Under the pieces are notes generated by a model. The model saw only the letters and a program-made list of their open reading frames with translations, did not search any database and was not told the DNA's origin. Below are positions 50,462 through 64,000 of a DNA stretch of 64,000 nt, in pieces. Numbering within the stretch: the stretch's first letter is position 1; every line of letters begins with the position of its first letter. The DNA lies in contig NC_043001.1 in the NCBI RefSeq assembly GCF_006345805.1, positions 47,306,001-47,370,000 of the forward strand, read 5' to 3'. This stretch comes from Octopus sinensis (Eukaryota). Both the position numbers and the translations under genes were made by a program.

Positions 50462-51000
50462 TTCACATGCTGTAAACTTTTATGTCCTTATGTTTACGTT
50501 TGTTCAATTTTGTAATATACTATAAAGTGTCAAAAAATTTACGTCGTACTTATAACGTCACTGAGAGAGTATTATGCTCTGCATCCGTTACGAGATAATA
50601 GCTGGCCTTTTATTATAAGTCCTGACTGAGATTTTAGTATTAGTGCTTTTCCAATTTTGCTTATTCATTTATTGTATTTAATAATGCTCTTTTATTTAAT
50701 AATGATTATTTTGTCTTTGTTTATTTTCAACAAGCTTAAGTCACTCTTTAACGATGGTCGCTGGGGGCCAGGCAGAGGTCTTTGGGCCTCCACAGGAAGC
50801 TGGTGGGTTGAGTGTAGATACAATAGGCTATGTATAATTGTGGGCGCATGTGTGTCTCTGTGCGTGCGTGTGTGTGTGTGTACATATAAAGACATATATA
50901 TAGGCATATACTCACTCACATACAGACATACAGATAGATATATACACATGCATGCTATACAGCTAAACACGAAGCATATAACATACACACATACACACAA

Positions 51001-51218
51001 AGGCGGCGAGCTGGTAGAAACGTTAGCACGCCGGGCGAAATTCATCTGTCGTTACGTTCCGAGTTCAAATTCCGCCGAGGTCGACTTTGCCTTTCATCCT
51101 TTCGGGGTCGATAAATTAAGTACCAGTTACGCACTGGGGTCGATGAAGTCGACTTAATCCCTTTGTCTGTCCTTGTTTGTCCCCTCTGTGTTTAGCCTCT
51201 TGTGGGTAGTAAAGAAAT
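51001..51218 (+). mobile_element. SINE family B with ~25-bp TSD
   Basis: ATATAACATACACACAT(A/G)CACACAA at 50976-51000 and 51219-51243; absent at the paralogous site in copy A. Confidence 0.85.
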
Positions 51219-51994
51219 ATATAACATACACACATGCACACAACATACACACAAACAACGCATATACACACACACATATATATACATTCATAGACAAATA
51301 TGTGCCAACGTGCATGCACGGCCATATGCACACTTTCACGCACATACATACACGCATTACACCCGCAAGACATGCATACCATAGCCTCTGAAACTCCCTC
51401 TTTCAATACCCAATTTTTTCCTTATTCCTTATTTATAGCAACGCATTTAGCAAAACGTGTGTACATATAGATAACGATATACTACAACGAGGTTAACTGA
51501 TTCGTTTATCGGACCAAGATCTCAACGGACGCGTCATTGCGCCCATCATATCGTCACACACACACACACATTGTTTAAATGTCTCTTAGTTCATGTGTTT
51601 AGGCGTGCGGAACGGGTGGTAGATGGTTACTATTTTGGAGCTGTTTTTGTTTCTTTACATCTATCTTTAGAAGCATTAGATAGATTTAAGTTCTTTATGA
51701 CAATCCTCCTACGTACGTGACATCTTTATAATGAATGTCGTCTAACGAAGGAGGGGGAAGGGCTCTCTGTGGAGCCTCTCGACTTACTAGAAATAGTACT
51801 CATATTTTCCTTAAGTCATTTACCACGTATTACAAACTAACAAAAAAAAAAGGGATATTAGATTACGTGGACCTAAATCCGTTGCCCTACAAACCCGTTG
51901 TCAGACAGAATCACAGCAATGCTTCCCATTTATAATAGGACTAAGTCAGTGGTTCACAACCATTTGATTACTATTTCGTTCTGGTGGACTGCTG

Positions 51995-53006
51995 TTTCTT
52001 TTCAGATATCAGAAAAAGGTAATAAAAATTCATTAAAATGATAGATTTATCGGACTTTCAAAGAGGTCAAGTTGTTGGTACTCGGATGGCAGGCGCTAGC
52101 GTAACGAAAACAGCTGAAATGTTTGGTGTATCAAGAAGTTCTGTCTCGAAAGTAATGACAGCCATTGAGAAAGAGGGAAAAACCTCCTAGTCGAAACAAA
52201 ATTCCAGAAGGAAACTAAAACTTTCAGATAAGGATCATCGAACTCTTACGCGAATTGTCAGAAAGGATCACAAAAGTACAGCTCCCAAAATTACTGCAGA
52301 GCTTAATGATCACCTCAAGAACCCAGTTTCCACAAAAACTGTTCGCCGAATTTCACGTAAGGGCTGCAATCAGAAAACCACTACTTTCAAAAACAAACGT
52401 TGCAAAGCGTTTAGAGTGGAGTAAATACCTACAGAATTGGTCCCTAGAGCAGTGGAAGAATCCTTTACCTTATTTCTGATAATCGGCCGAGTATACGTGT
52501 GGAAACAGCTAAAAGAAGCATTGGAAATCCGCCGGCCCAATGGTTTCCCTTCATGGCAGAATTAATAGTCAAGACTACTTAAGCATTTTATCTGATCGAA
52601 TTCATCCTCTGGTTGCAGAACTGTTTCTGTAAGGAAAACGCAATCTTTCAAGATGATAATGCACCAATTCATACAGCCAAAGTTGTTACTGAATGGCACA
52701 AAGAACATTCTAGTGAAGTTAGACATCTTATCTGGCCACCAAACTCCCCAGATCTCAATATTATTGAACACTTATGGTGCATTTTAGAAAAACAAGTAAG
52801 GACTCGATATCTTCCACCATCATGACCACAAGAACTGGAGACTGTTTTAGCTGAAGAATGGACTAAAAATTCCTTTGGAAACAATCGAAACTTTGTACGA
52901 GCCAATATCTTGTAGAATTCAATTACTGATAACGGCGGTCGTACACCATATTAAAATAAATTTGTTTGAAGCTTTAAGGTGTTTCCATTATTTTGTCCAA
53001 TCCCTG
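51995..53006 (+). mobile_element. Tc1-like transposon relic with DD36E spacing (Incomer-like), left end missing
   Basis: ATG 52038: MIDLSDFQRGQVVGTRMAGASVTKTAEMFGVSR..; FQDDNAPIH..WPPNSPDLNIIEHLW with 36 residues D-to-E; right TIR-like GTTTCCATTATTTTGTCCAATCCCTG ending at 53006. Confidence 0.75.
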
Positions 53007-53039
53007 TGTGTATATATATATATATATAATATATATATA

Positions 53040-53092
<53 letters not shown>

Positions 53093-53138
53093 TATAAATA
53101 AATAAATAATAAATAAATAAATAATAAATAAATAAATA

Positions 53139-53297
53139 AATGCGCCCTTTCATAGCCGAGCCAGGCTCATGGGCACGGTTTCCCGGTTACTATGGCGTAT
53201 GTGTTCCTCAGCTGGACGGGACGCCAGTCCATCGCAGCGTTACTAATTTTTGCCAGCTGAGTGGACTGGAGCAACGTGAAATGAAGTGTTTTCCTCA
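53139..53297 (-). mobile_element. SINE family C, 3' part, (ATTT)n tail
   Basis: Homologous to 10001-10155. Confidence 0.8.
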
Positions 53298-53306
53298 TAT
53301 ATATAT

Positions 53307-53344
<38 letters not shown>

Positions 53345-54688
53345 TAGAGATACTACTTACATATATACATCTCTCTCTCTCTCTCTGTATATATATATAT
53401 ATACATACATACACGCACAGATATAGTATATATGAACAGATACATATATACACTTACATAGACGTAATTTCTGTGTATATGACCGGTAAAAGACAATTAA
53501 GAGCAAAAAATGGTTTGAACGACGAAGTGATGTTAACGATGAGTTATCAGCACACATAAATTCTCCAGAGTAATTTTCTTCTGTCCACATATTTGCTAAG
53601 TTAATTACTCCAGGAATATCTTTTAAATTCAATTGTAAAATTCTATTTATACATATATATATATATATATATTTTCTTTTCTCCATTACACAAGATAATT
53701 ATATTTGTGAAACTATGTGTTGAAACAGATAATGTACTTTTGATAGATTATTCTTAAAAATTGTACTGGTCACAGTTTGTTTAATTAATTAATTTATCGC
53801 TTTATTGATTGAAACATAAAAATCTTGTATCACAGAACTATGGCTTTTCAATGATTACTTCACAATAGTCTTTGATTCTTTAGTGTCTGGTATTATTCCA
53901 ACGTATTTCAGCCTGAATGTGCGTTGTTTTTGTTTCCATTTGCATCTTACACACACCGTTAATTATGCCAAAATATATTAGATTACACTGCCTTGCACTA
54001 TTATCTTTATTATTATTATAGTATTCCTTTTGTCTAGGAGTATGTTGATCGAGAGTTGTCCTTTCTTTTGAGGGAGTGATGAGTTTGGCTTCTGTTCCTA
54101 ATATGTGTACTGACTCGGTGACCTGTCTTAACGTTGGATTGTTTGGAGTGCGATAAAGATTTCTATTACTACATTGTTTATTGACATTTCATTTTTATCT
54201 GTGGAATGTTACTAGAGAAAATGTGCTGGGTTCATATCATTGACTTTTACATCTGTACTACGATCTGTGCTTCCTATATAGGTTAAGGTATTATCCTACT
54301 CCGCTCCTCCATGCACCTCGTGTGGTATATCACGTCTCTTGTTTTGTGGTGAATTGGTTCTATAAATTCTGTTGTTGCTAACAGTATAATCGTTTTTCCT
54401 AGGCAGTACAGCCTATTATTTAGGGTTTAATGGCACTACTTATTTTTACTGCTACACAATTCTAAGCTTTGTTTAGTGTAATACTTTCTCGAACATGTAA
54501 GTTATTTCGCTCCGAATAGAGAGTCGACAAAAATTATAGCCTAAAATCTGTTATACCACGAATCCACCTTTTCCAGATTCTTTTTCTCTTACTTTTCCAA
54601 TAATAATAACGGCAAATGTTTCGCCAAATCCATTACAAATTTAGCACAATGGAGATACTTTCTCTCCTTTTCTAAGGCTGAACCTCCA

Positions 54689-54726
<38 letters not shown>

Positions 54727-54727
<1 letters not shown>

Positions 54728-54951
54728 GAAGGCGGTGAGCTGGCAGAAACGTTAGCATGTCTGGCGAAATGCTTAGCGGTATTTCGTCTGCCGCTACGCT
54801 GTGAGTTCCGCCGAGGTCGGCTTTGCCTTTCATCCTTTCGGGGTCGATTAAATAAGTACCTACGCACTGGGGTCGATATAATCGACTTAATCTGTTTGTC
54901 TGTCCTTGTTTGTCCTCTCTGTGTTTAGCCTTTTGTGGGTAGTAAAGAAAT
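54727..54951 (+). mobile_element. SINE family B next to (TTA)n
   Basis: GAAGGCGGTGAGCTGGCAGAAACGTTAGCA..; matches 60213-60443. Confidence 0.85.
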
Positions 54952-55209
54952 AGGTATTTCGTGCGTGTGTACGTTCAGAGTTCAAATTCTGCCGAGGTCG
55001 ACTTTCTCTTTCATCCTTATTATCCAATCCTCATATACTGCATTAATATTCTTCACAGTTTCCGTTGCGTTGCTGCCTTTATTGAACACATAATGCTAAT
55101 ATGCCGAATATGCTCCTTTGTCATATCCATTATAGCTTTGAAAAAATAACTGTTAAAATCGAACTGCATTCTTCAAAACTTGGGATGACGCAATATATAT
55201 ATATATATA

Positions 55210-55707
55210 TAGTGTTCCCTCGCTACTTCGCGGTTCAACTATCGCGGATTCACGACTTCACGAATTTTAAAAATATATATATATGAACGCTTAAAATTTT
55301 TCATTAAATCCATTAAAATATTAATAATAAATATCATTTCCTAGTCTAGGAACAACAAAACAAACATAAAATAGCAAAAAATCATATACAGGGGTATTTG
55401 AACTTAAGGCGGGCTGTGATTGGTGTAATGGAGAGAGACGACGAATCACAGCTTTATATTTTGTAATCTGGCCCGTGTAACAGTAACAATCTTTATTTTT
55501 TAAAAATCTAAAGTGTTATTGCTTAACAGTTGTCCTTGTTATTAATAGACTATTGTAATTGGTGGGCTATTAACAGTACAGGGAGGGTTTTAAAACTCCA
55601 AATACACGTTAAATAAACACTGTAAATATGGTGTCCCTACTTCGCGGAAATTCAGTTATCGCGGCCTGTCTCGGAACCAATCTATCGCGATAAACTAGGG
55701 ATCACTG
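55210..55707. mobile_element. pogo/Tigger-like MITE
   Basis: Imperfect TIRs (T)AGTGTTCCCTCG / CTAGGGATCACTG; internal repeat of CTACTTCGCGG..TATCGCGG; TA-rich flanks; non-coding. Confidence 0.55.
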
Positions 55708-55715
55708 TGTGTGTG

Positions 55716-55753
<38 letters not shown>

Positions 55754-55891
55754 TAAAACGGTAAGATAACAAAAGAAAGAAAGAGACCTCAATATTATGT
55801 AAATAAAGGAAATTTATCGAGTAATGTAACATATTATTGTATATATATATATATTATTAAATTAATTATATTTCACCCTTTATTTGTATTG

Positions 55892-55923
<32 letters not shown>

Positions 55924-55961
55924 TTAATTATATTTCACCCTTTATTTGTATTGATTATATA

Positions 55962-56017
<56 letters not shown>

Positions 56018-56172
56018 ATATATATATATATAATAAATACAAATAAAGGGTGAAATATAATTAATTTAATAAAATCAACAAATTTCACCAAGTAGTGTTT
56101 CGGTATGGAAAAGGACCATATTCAGTAAAATTATATTTAATTATAACAATGAGGGTCTTTGCAACAAGTTGC

Positions 56173-56598
56173 TAGACCACATACCGAAAGTATTAGAAAT
56201 AGCAGCCAGAGGACTGTTATTTCTTTTACTACAAAAATGTCCCACAGACAACAGTATTTGTAACTCATTTTGTGGCAGAAAGACGAAGAAAAATAACGAA
56301 ATCAAACGAAATCTGTATGCCCTGATGTCGCCTGGTCGGAAATATGGGGGGTAAGATTTCCTAGCATTTCTAGATTTATTTATCGGAATTTTATGTTGAT
56401 GAAGGAAATGAATCTTATGATTCTAATCCAGAAACGTGCGTCCATAATTGACCGTGGACTGTTTGATTTCATTATTTTCCTTCGTCTTTTTGCCACAAAA
56501 TGAGTTACAAATACTGTTGTCTGTGGGGACATATTTTTGTAGTAAAAGAAATAACAGTCCTCTGGCTGCTATTTCTAATACTTTCGGTATGTGGTCTA
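56173..56598. repeat. ~135-bp inverted repeat with 153-bp spacer
   Basis: 56173-56307 is the reverse complement of 56461-56598 with a few mismatches and indels. Confidence 0.85.
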
Positions 56599-57054
56599 TA
56601 TATATATATGCAGGATGTTTATCGTTCTTGTTACCCCAGACCTACATACACACACACACACACACGGGGGAGGGTTGTGTGTGTGTGTGTGTGAGTGTTT
56701 GTTTCACAGCTCCAATAAAGTTCTCGTAACCAAACATTTCCGTAGACGGAAACCGATAGAATAAACATCAGACTTTAAAATAGTAAGTATCAGAGTCGAT
56801 TGGATCGACAAAGCCTTTCAAGGTTTCGATCCAAGATGGCTGTAGTCCAATAATTGAAAAAATAATAATAATAATAAATCAAAGTTAGAAAAAGGCAGCA
56901 CTCACTAACCTATTTTTATGCGAGGCAGATTCGATAATACTTAAAGTCTAAAAATATTTTTATGAGTTATTTAGACTCTTGTTGCATTTTTACACACGCG
57001 TATACGCATGTGCGCATATCTCTCTATCATTATTAGTCTGCCTGTTTCTGTCTG

Positions 57055-57093
<39 letters not shown>

Positions 57094-57145
57094 TACATAT
57101 ATATATATAATATATATATATATTATATATATATATATATAATAT

Positions 57146-57181
<36 letters not shown>

Positions 57182-58365
57182 CCCACATACATACAACATT
57201 ATACTCTATGTGTGTACGCAATCATTTGGCAACATAATATAGAAACAGAAATGAAGAGTGAAGAAGGGAGGCAACTATAAAATATGTTTATTGTTGGATC
57301 AATATGCAACCATCTCTACTTGAACTATAGGTTTCTATGTTAAATATATGATCTCCTTCAATAACGACGTCATTTTTGGTACAGAATTGCTAAATGCTAA
57401 CTGCATAAAAACGGCAATGTGCCAAAGAATAGCTATTTAATATCAGGTCCTTGTTTGTTTGTTAAGTGAATTTGGACCGATTCCAAGAAGAAGGGTTAGT
57501 TTTCTTTATATAACATACAGTTCAGAATAAGTATGTATGTATGCAAGTATGTATGTATGTATGTATGTATGTATGTATGTATGTATGTATGTATGTATGT
57601 ATGTATGTATGTATGCGTGTGTATGTGTGTTTGTGTGTGTGTGTGTATACAGTTTTATATATATATATATATATATCGGGTGAGATAGATAGAGAGAGAG
57701 AGAGAGAGGAGAGAGAATCAAACAGACAGATAGATAGATAGATAGATAGATATAGATATGTGTATTTGTGTGTACGTGTGTGTGTATGTGTACGTATGTC
57801 TGTTTTATTGTTTGTTTACATGGGAATCAATGTAAATCTTCGAACTGTTCTATCTTTCATTTCCTTTCCATTTCCCCACCTCTCTACGTCAAATACGTAA
57901 ACCATATAAATTATAGATTGGACAATTTAGCTTTCGTCTAGTCTTCCATCACTGTCACTCGTCAATAACGTTGTCTCTAATTTCATTTGTCCTTTATCGC
58001 TGCGATCAGCTTTTTATTGCTGCTATTGTAATTATTCTAGCAATTGTCATTAACAGGATTCTTTTTTAAGTTTTTCAGCATTGTTCTCATGGTCATTATT
58101 AATACAGTAGGTATTTATTATGAACTCACTAGCAATTACTGTCGTTTTTATAGTTTCTTGTCAGCCACCCTACATTTTATACAATCAGGAAAATCATGAC
58201 ACTCGTTGTAAATTGTTGAATGTTTACTACGTTGTCTTTCATGATTTAGTCGGTGCAAGAAGCAAAGAACCAATGACCCTTTTCCTTCTTTCCTTCTTTC
58301 TTTCTTCCCTTTTCTTTCTTTCCCTTTCTTTCATTCGTTCTTTCTTTCTTTCTTTCATTTTCTTA

Positions 58366-58510
58366 AGTTCTGAGTTCAAATGTCGCCAAGGTCGACTTTG
58401 CCTTTCATACTTTCGGAGTTGATAAAATAAGTACCAGTTGAGTATTGGGGGTAGATGTAATCGACTTACCTTCCACCCTTAGCATTGCTGGCCAAAAATT
58501 TGAAATCATT
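58366..58510 (+). mobile_element. SINE family B, 5'-truncated
   Basis: TTCTGAGTTCAAAT..GGTCGACTTTGCCTTTCATA..ATAAGTACCAG. Confidence 0.7.
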
Positions 58511-59576
58511 ATTACAAGCAGCACTAATAAGTACGTTAATAGAAATGAGCTAATGAAAGAAATTCCATGTGGTTTCTTGACTAGTTATAGATAATAGCCA
58601 AACACCTCAAATCACAACGTACCTTCTACAGTGTATAATATATTCCTAAATACGTTATGTTAGCAAAGAAAAGAAAAAAACAAAAGTCAAGATGGAGATG
58701 GTTGGAACTCATCTGAGAATATTTCTATTGAGGAGGGCCTACCTAGGGTTAAACGATAAGAATATTTTTACACGGAAACATTTCTGTCGATTGAGTTTCC
58801 TCAACGAAAGTAAAGCATTCTCTAATATCAAACCTTCTTCATTTATTTCTATATCACTTTGATTATAGAGATTAGAAAAAATAAAAAGGCAAAGAGTAAA
58901 CAATTGAAAATTGTTGATTGGAATAACAATAGGACATTATGAAATTCATATCATTAACACGACTGTAACCATCATACTGTTAATATAGGAAATGATACAG
59001 TAATGTCATACAAAGACCATATGCTATAACCTTCCAGACTCATAAATCCTAACTATCACTGATTAGATTATAATAGCAGAAGTTATATATCTCCAGAAAA
59101 GGTTCACTAAAGCCTGAAACGTCATCAACATTGTCGTCATCATCGTTCTCGTTGTTGTTGTTGTTGTTTAACCTCACGTCAACCTTAAACGAGTAGACCT
59201 ATGCTCAGCAGTTTTGTATCTGTGATTGCCTTTATCTCTTATCTAGGTGGAATGTCTGAGATGACATTATCTGAGTTCTTAACTTTTTTTTTAAAAAATG
59301 GAGGGTGTGATTCGAGAGAGATTCGGTCTTATTTCTAGTAAGTCGAGTGACTACACAGGTTTTCCGTTGGCTCGTATTACAAAAGAACATTATTGACTAG
59401 TTTGCTAAACAGCCTGGACCGGAAATTCAGTGCTGTGCAAGCGATCGATTCATCAGACCACGCCCAGGAGGCGAAATTCAGTTCAGTTTATTATGCTGTC
59501 ATCCGAATAATTAATGAAAACGTTACCCGTGTGATAACAGTGACACGATGACAGGTGGCAGGCCTTCTGCACTAAT

Positions 59577-59607
<31 letters not shown>

Positions 59608-60212
59608 ATTATGCTATATTATACGATTGTAGAAAGCACCTCTTGTGCCCGCAAATATAAGCTAAATCTGAAGTTCTTTAAGACGTAGTGTTTCTCGAGT
59701 GTAGTAGAAGTATCTTTTCAAGGGAAGTCCTATATTACAAAAGAATCTATTTGAACGGAACAGGAAAACAACGTTACACAGAAGGAAATTATACGGCAGC
59801 TCTCAATGAGTGTAAAAAATAAAAGTGCCAAGGTTCAAAAGTACGTTTCTCTGTGTAGCAGGTCAGCAATAGAGTGACTTCTTAAGTAGCTACAGGTGTT
59901 GGTTCAATTTCCGATAGCAAATGATGTATTTTCAACTATATTTGTAGGATCGACTAAATCGATACAAATCTCCGCTAGGTACGCCGAGGCTACTTCAAGA
60001 AAACCTGTCCGCTACATATCAAATAATTCTATGAAACCTACTGAGTTCTTATTAAGTGCTGTTTTGTTTATAATTTTATATACGGCAGCCTTCTATTAAG
60101 GCGCTTTCTTTGAACGTATTGTTCATATTCTGGAGTAAAAATGTTTACTTTTAGGCCTAATCAGAGTTAAAGGGCGGCCTAGAAGTGGATTAATCGACGT
60201 TATTGTCAAGAA

Positions 60213-60443
60213 GGCGGCGAGCTGGCAGAAACGTTAGCACGCCGTGCGAAATGCTTAGCGGTATTTCGTCTGCCGTTACGTTGTGAGTTCAAATTCTGCC
60301 GAGGTCGACTTTGCCTTTCATCCTTTCGGGGTCGATAAATTAAGTACCAGTTACGCACTGGGGTCGATGTAATCGACTTAATACATATGTCTGTCCTTGT
60401 TTGTCCCCTCTATGTTTAGCTCCTTGTGGGTAATAAAGAAATA
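60213..60443 (+). mobile_element. SINE family B, full length, 14-bp TSD
   Basis: TSD GTTATTGTCAAGAA at 60199-60212 and 60444-60457. Confidence 0.9.
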
Positions 60444-61048
60444 GTTATTGTCAAGAATGTAACACAATGGACCCCAAATGCCCACACACAGATGAATCTA
60501 AAAGCCTTCGGTGACATTCCAATGCAAATAATAAACAAAATGACACTTTATTACGCATTATTCGGAATTGAATAATATACAAGCTTATCTTAAATCTGTT
60601 GACACAGAAAACGTTCAAATATACATACATACAATACACAACACAGATACGTACATACACACATAAGCGCGCGCACACAGACACACACATGCACGCATAC
60701 GCACTTACGCTCCAACTATGATGTCAAAATGTTTGTTCTCCCTCTCTGTAATGTGGCTTCTGCAGAAAATTGCATAACTCTGGAGTTAAGTATATGAATA
60801 AATAGCGAGACAGCAAAGAAGTGAGAAACTGAAGAGAGCTTATAAGTGGATTCGGAAATAATGCTTGGCACTTCAGTGGAGGCAAACGAAAGTAGTGGTG
60901 GCTGAGTCGAAATTAAGACTTGTTTCTTAAAATAAGAGTATTAAACTATTTATTAATATATACATAGATACATACATATATATATATATATATATAAACA
61001 CACGCACACACACATATACATACATACATACATACATACATACATACA

Positions 61049-61079
<31 letters not shown>

Positions 61080-61439
61080 TAGGGAAAAGTGTCTTAGTAA
61101 AACAGAGTGCATGAATTTATATCTTATGTAAATGAAACTGAAGGCGAAAAAGAATAAGTGTATAGTGTGAGAATTTTGTGACATAATAGATCCATTGATG
61201 TAGAAAAATATGTATGTATAATTAGGTTTATATTTTTGTTTACTTTCGTGATGTAACTATATGAGGACTGAAAAGTAAAATATGTTTGCAATTTTTAGCT
61301 GTTTTTGTTTTTGTGCTCATATAAGCCAACGTGCAGGCAAAGTCCTTTCACATTAGATTCCATTATTTCTGCAAAAGTACTTGGTTTAATTAAAAAATGT
61401 CACTATATATCTGTCTGTTCATTAGAAAATAACTATATT

Positions 61440-62335
61440 TTAAATAACCCTGATGCGCAAGGGACGAGTCTAGAGCACCTGTAAGAAGCTTCAATCACAT
61501 ATGTCAGAAATCAACAAGGCCGATCTTACTCAGGGCATATGTAGATAGATTTTTACTATATGGAGCTGAAATTTAGACTATGAAGAAGGAGCGTCAAGAT
61601 TGCCTTGATGGTGCGTACAGCGGGCTCTTCACGAGGGATCAAGGCTGTCCATAGCGTGAACACAAGACCAAAGAAAAGATTTATGATGGACACATTCTAC
61701 CTATATTCTTTTACTCTTTTACTTGTTTCAGTCATTTGACTGCGGCCATGCTGGAGCACCGCCTTTAATCGAGCAACTTGACCTGGGACTTATTCTTTGT
61801 AAGCCCAGTACTTATTCTATCGGTCTCTTTTGCCGAACTGCTAAGTTAACGGGACATAAACACACCAGCGTCGGTTGTCAAGCAATGCTAGGAGGACAAA
61901 CACAGACACACAAACACACACACACATATATAAATATATATATATATATACATACATACGACGGGCTTCTTTCAGTTTCCGTCTACCAAATCCACTCACA
62001 AGGCTTTGGTCGGCCCGAGGCTATAGTAAAAGATACTCGCCCAAGGTGCCACGCAGTGGGACTGAACCCGGAATCATGTGGTTGGTAAACAAGCTACTTA
62101 GCACACAGCCATTCCTGCACCTCGCTTTTGTTGCTCAGTGTAGGACAAGCCTTGTTAGCCACTGCAATCGTACTGGGAGGCTTCTGCAGCTTTATAGACT
62201 TTGAAGATCACCCAACTATCTTGATGGTATTGGTAGAGACATACAACATGAAACTGAGAACATACAAAAGCTAATGGAAGACGAAGATTCCTGGCGCAAC
62301 GTCATGAAACTCATCTCTGTGGCGTCCGCTTGAAA
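61440..62335 (+). mobile_element. Old RTE-like LINE 3' fragment split by a SINE
   Basis: LLYGAE..LDGAY..TKEKIY (61555-61690) and IQKLMEDEDSWRNVM (62260-62305); heavily decayed. Confidence 0.45.
61706..62121 (-). mobile_element. SINE family A, full length
   Basis: Reverse complement of the 3862-4278 layout. Confidence 0.85.
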
Positions 62336-63039
62336 AGTTAATCATTTGCTTTTCACATTATTAATAAATAATTTAACAACCCCCCCAACCCCGATAGTAT
62401 TGTGAGTTTTGTCCGTTTAAGCGTAGAGCAATGGACGAAAAAGCTTATTAAATTATTTAGCTTAATCTCTATAGATTCTAAATACAAGATTGGCTCGAGA
62501 AGATTTTGTTCTTCTACTCTTCGAAATCGCTTTACGAAAAGTACTTATAGTATTCTGGAATTACTTAAATTCAATATATAACACTCTAATTGGGTCATGA
62601 TATATCTCTAATTCTAATTTTGCCACCACCTCACTAGAAGGAATTGGAAAATATATTAACTGATAAAAAGCAATCAACCGAGCCGCAATACAGAATCTAG
62701 ACTTCAATCTAGTAAATGTTAATTATTTTTACAAAGTATAATCTAGTTTACAGTTCTCTTTTACATCAAATTTCTATCGTTTGTCCTTCAAAAGAACTCC
62801 TAAAATGCTATTTATGTTTCACAGTCCTTAAACGATCCATCTCTCTATCTCGAATACTGAGACAAGACGAGGAAGCCCAAATATAACCTCTTACCGACAT
62901 GACCACGAATTAGTCATGAGAGTTTGTAGCTTGAGAAAAAAAAAGAGTCAAATCGACAAAGTACTGATTTTCCAGCCGCATTGTAGGTGGATTTTGTAAG
63001 TGTGTATTCGTATATGCATCTAAATGCGAGAGTTCTACA

Positions 63040-63560
63040 GAAAGTAATGCAAAAGTGGGCATGAGTCTTTTTGTTATAGGTCTCTTTCTCTTGAGTAACT
63101 CTTCTTCTTGTTCTTCGTCATTGTAGAGAAATATTGGGTTCCAGGCGGAGCAGCGTGTCGTTAATAAGTTCTTCACGAAGGAGAGGTGTAGACTGTCCGA
63201 CATGTACAGAAGGCTATTGATTGTTTAAGAGAGATGATACCATTGGCAAGTGTGTGCACAGATGGATGAAGTTTAAAGAAGAGGAAACTGTCACAAAAGA
63301 CATTGAACACAGTGGGAGACCATCAACTTCGACCCGAATCATCAGCGAGTGGACGGCTTGATTCGCGCAGACAGACGAGTCAAAATCTGTAAGCTTGTTG
63401 CAAAACTGGACAGTGGTCACAATGCATTACAGAAGATGGTGGAAGACTTCGAGTATTGGAAGGTACGTGCAAAGTAGGTACTTCTGCAGTCGACACCTGA
63501 TTTGAAGGATAGAAGGTTAGAAGTCAACTCTGATTTTCTAGACGTCTGAGGTCAATGAAA
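63040..63560 (+). mobile_element. mariner relic (N-terminal HTH region)
   Basis: VHRWM.KFKE..SGRPSTS..VDGLIRADRRV..KVRAK*V resembles the mariner HTH and linker. Confidence 0.65.
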
Positions 63561-64000
63561 ACACGATTTTCCGATTCTGTTGCGCGATATAAAATGTGAG
63601 TATATCTTGGTTCATACGTTCTGAATAATTGATATAAAACATTACTTTCATAAGTAACATGGTTGTAAAAAATTAGGAATATGTATCAAATGATGCACGA
63701 ACGCAGGGGAATATGTCCTATGTATCACATATGATGCACAGGACAAGCAAACTGAGTGCTAGTTTGACGCAGGTGACAACTTACCACAGTACCATCCTCC
63801 TATAAGAATACTATAAGAATAAGCGGAATATATTCGCTTTTGTTATTTATTTGCTTATCCACATGAAGTCTATTATTGCTAACGATGTCATTATTGTTGC
63901 GGTTGTAGCAAACGAGCAATTTATCATAACATTAGTTTCAAATTTTGGCACAGGGCCAGTAATTTCGGGGGAGGGGGCTAAGTCGATTGCATCGACTCCA

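Overview
AT-rich, microsatellite-dense animal genomic DNA. The SINE families and repeat landscape point to an octopod cephalopod (inference). Only one intact host CDS is supported: a single-exon small heat-shock protein with two alpha-crystallin domains (23910-24857, minus). The intron upstream of it carries a complete-ended but decayed Chapaev3-type (CMC) DNA transposon with TTA target duplication. The rest is a mosaic of R4/Dong-type RLE LINEs ending in (TAA)n, a Penelope-like (GIY-YIG) relic, Tx1 and RTE fragments, Tc1/mariner relics (DD36E, DD37D and mariner-type), two non-autonomous Helitrons, a pogo/Tigger-like MITE, many tRNA-derived SINEs, degenerate TTAGGG arrays and a ~4 kb diverged local duplication. 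The most striking unexplained signal is a set of eight minimal type-I hammerhead-ribozyme-like motifs. Three of them lie in a 476-bp circularly permuted unit arranged as an inverted copy plus a tandem array between (TA)n tracts (18396-19540), which is the architecture expected of a retrozyme or Penelope pseudo-LTR copied from a circular or multimeric RNA. Three others share a CCGAYGA (U4C) core. Nearly all short ORFs in the supplied track are microsatellite or SINE artefacts. All identities and folds were judged by eye, and family names come from remembered motifs rather than database searches.
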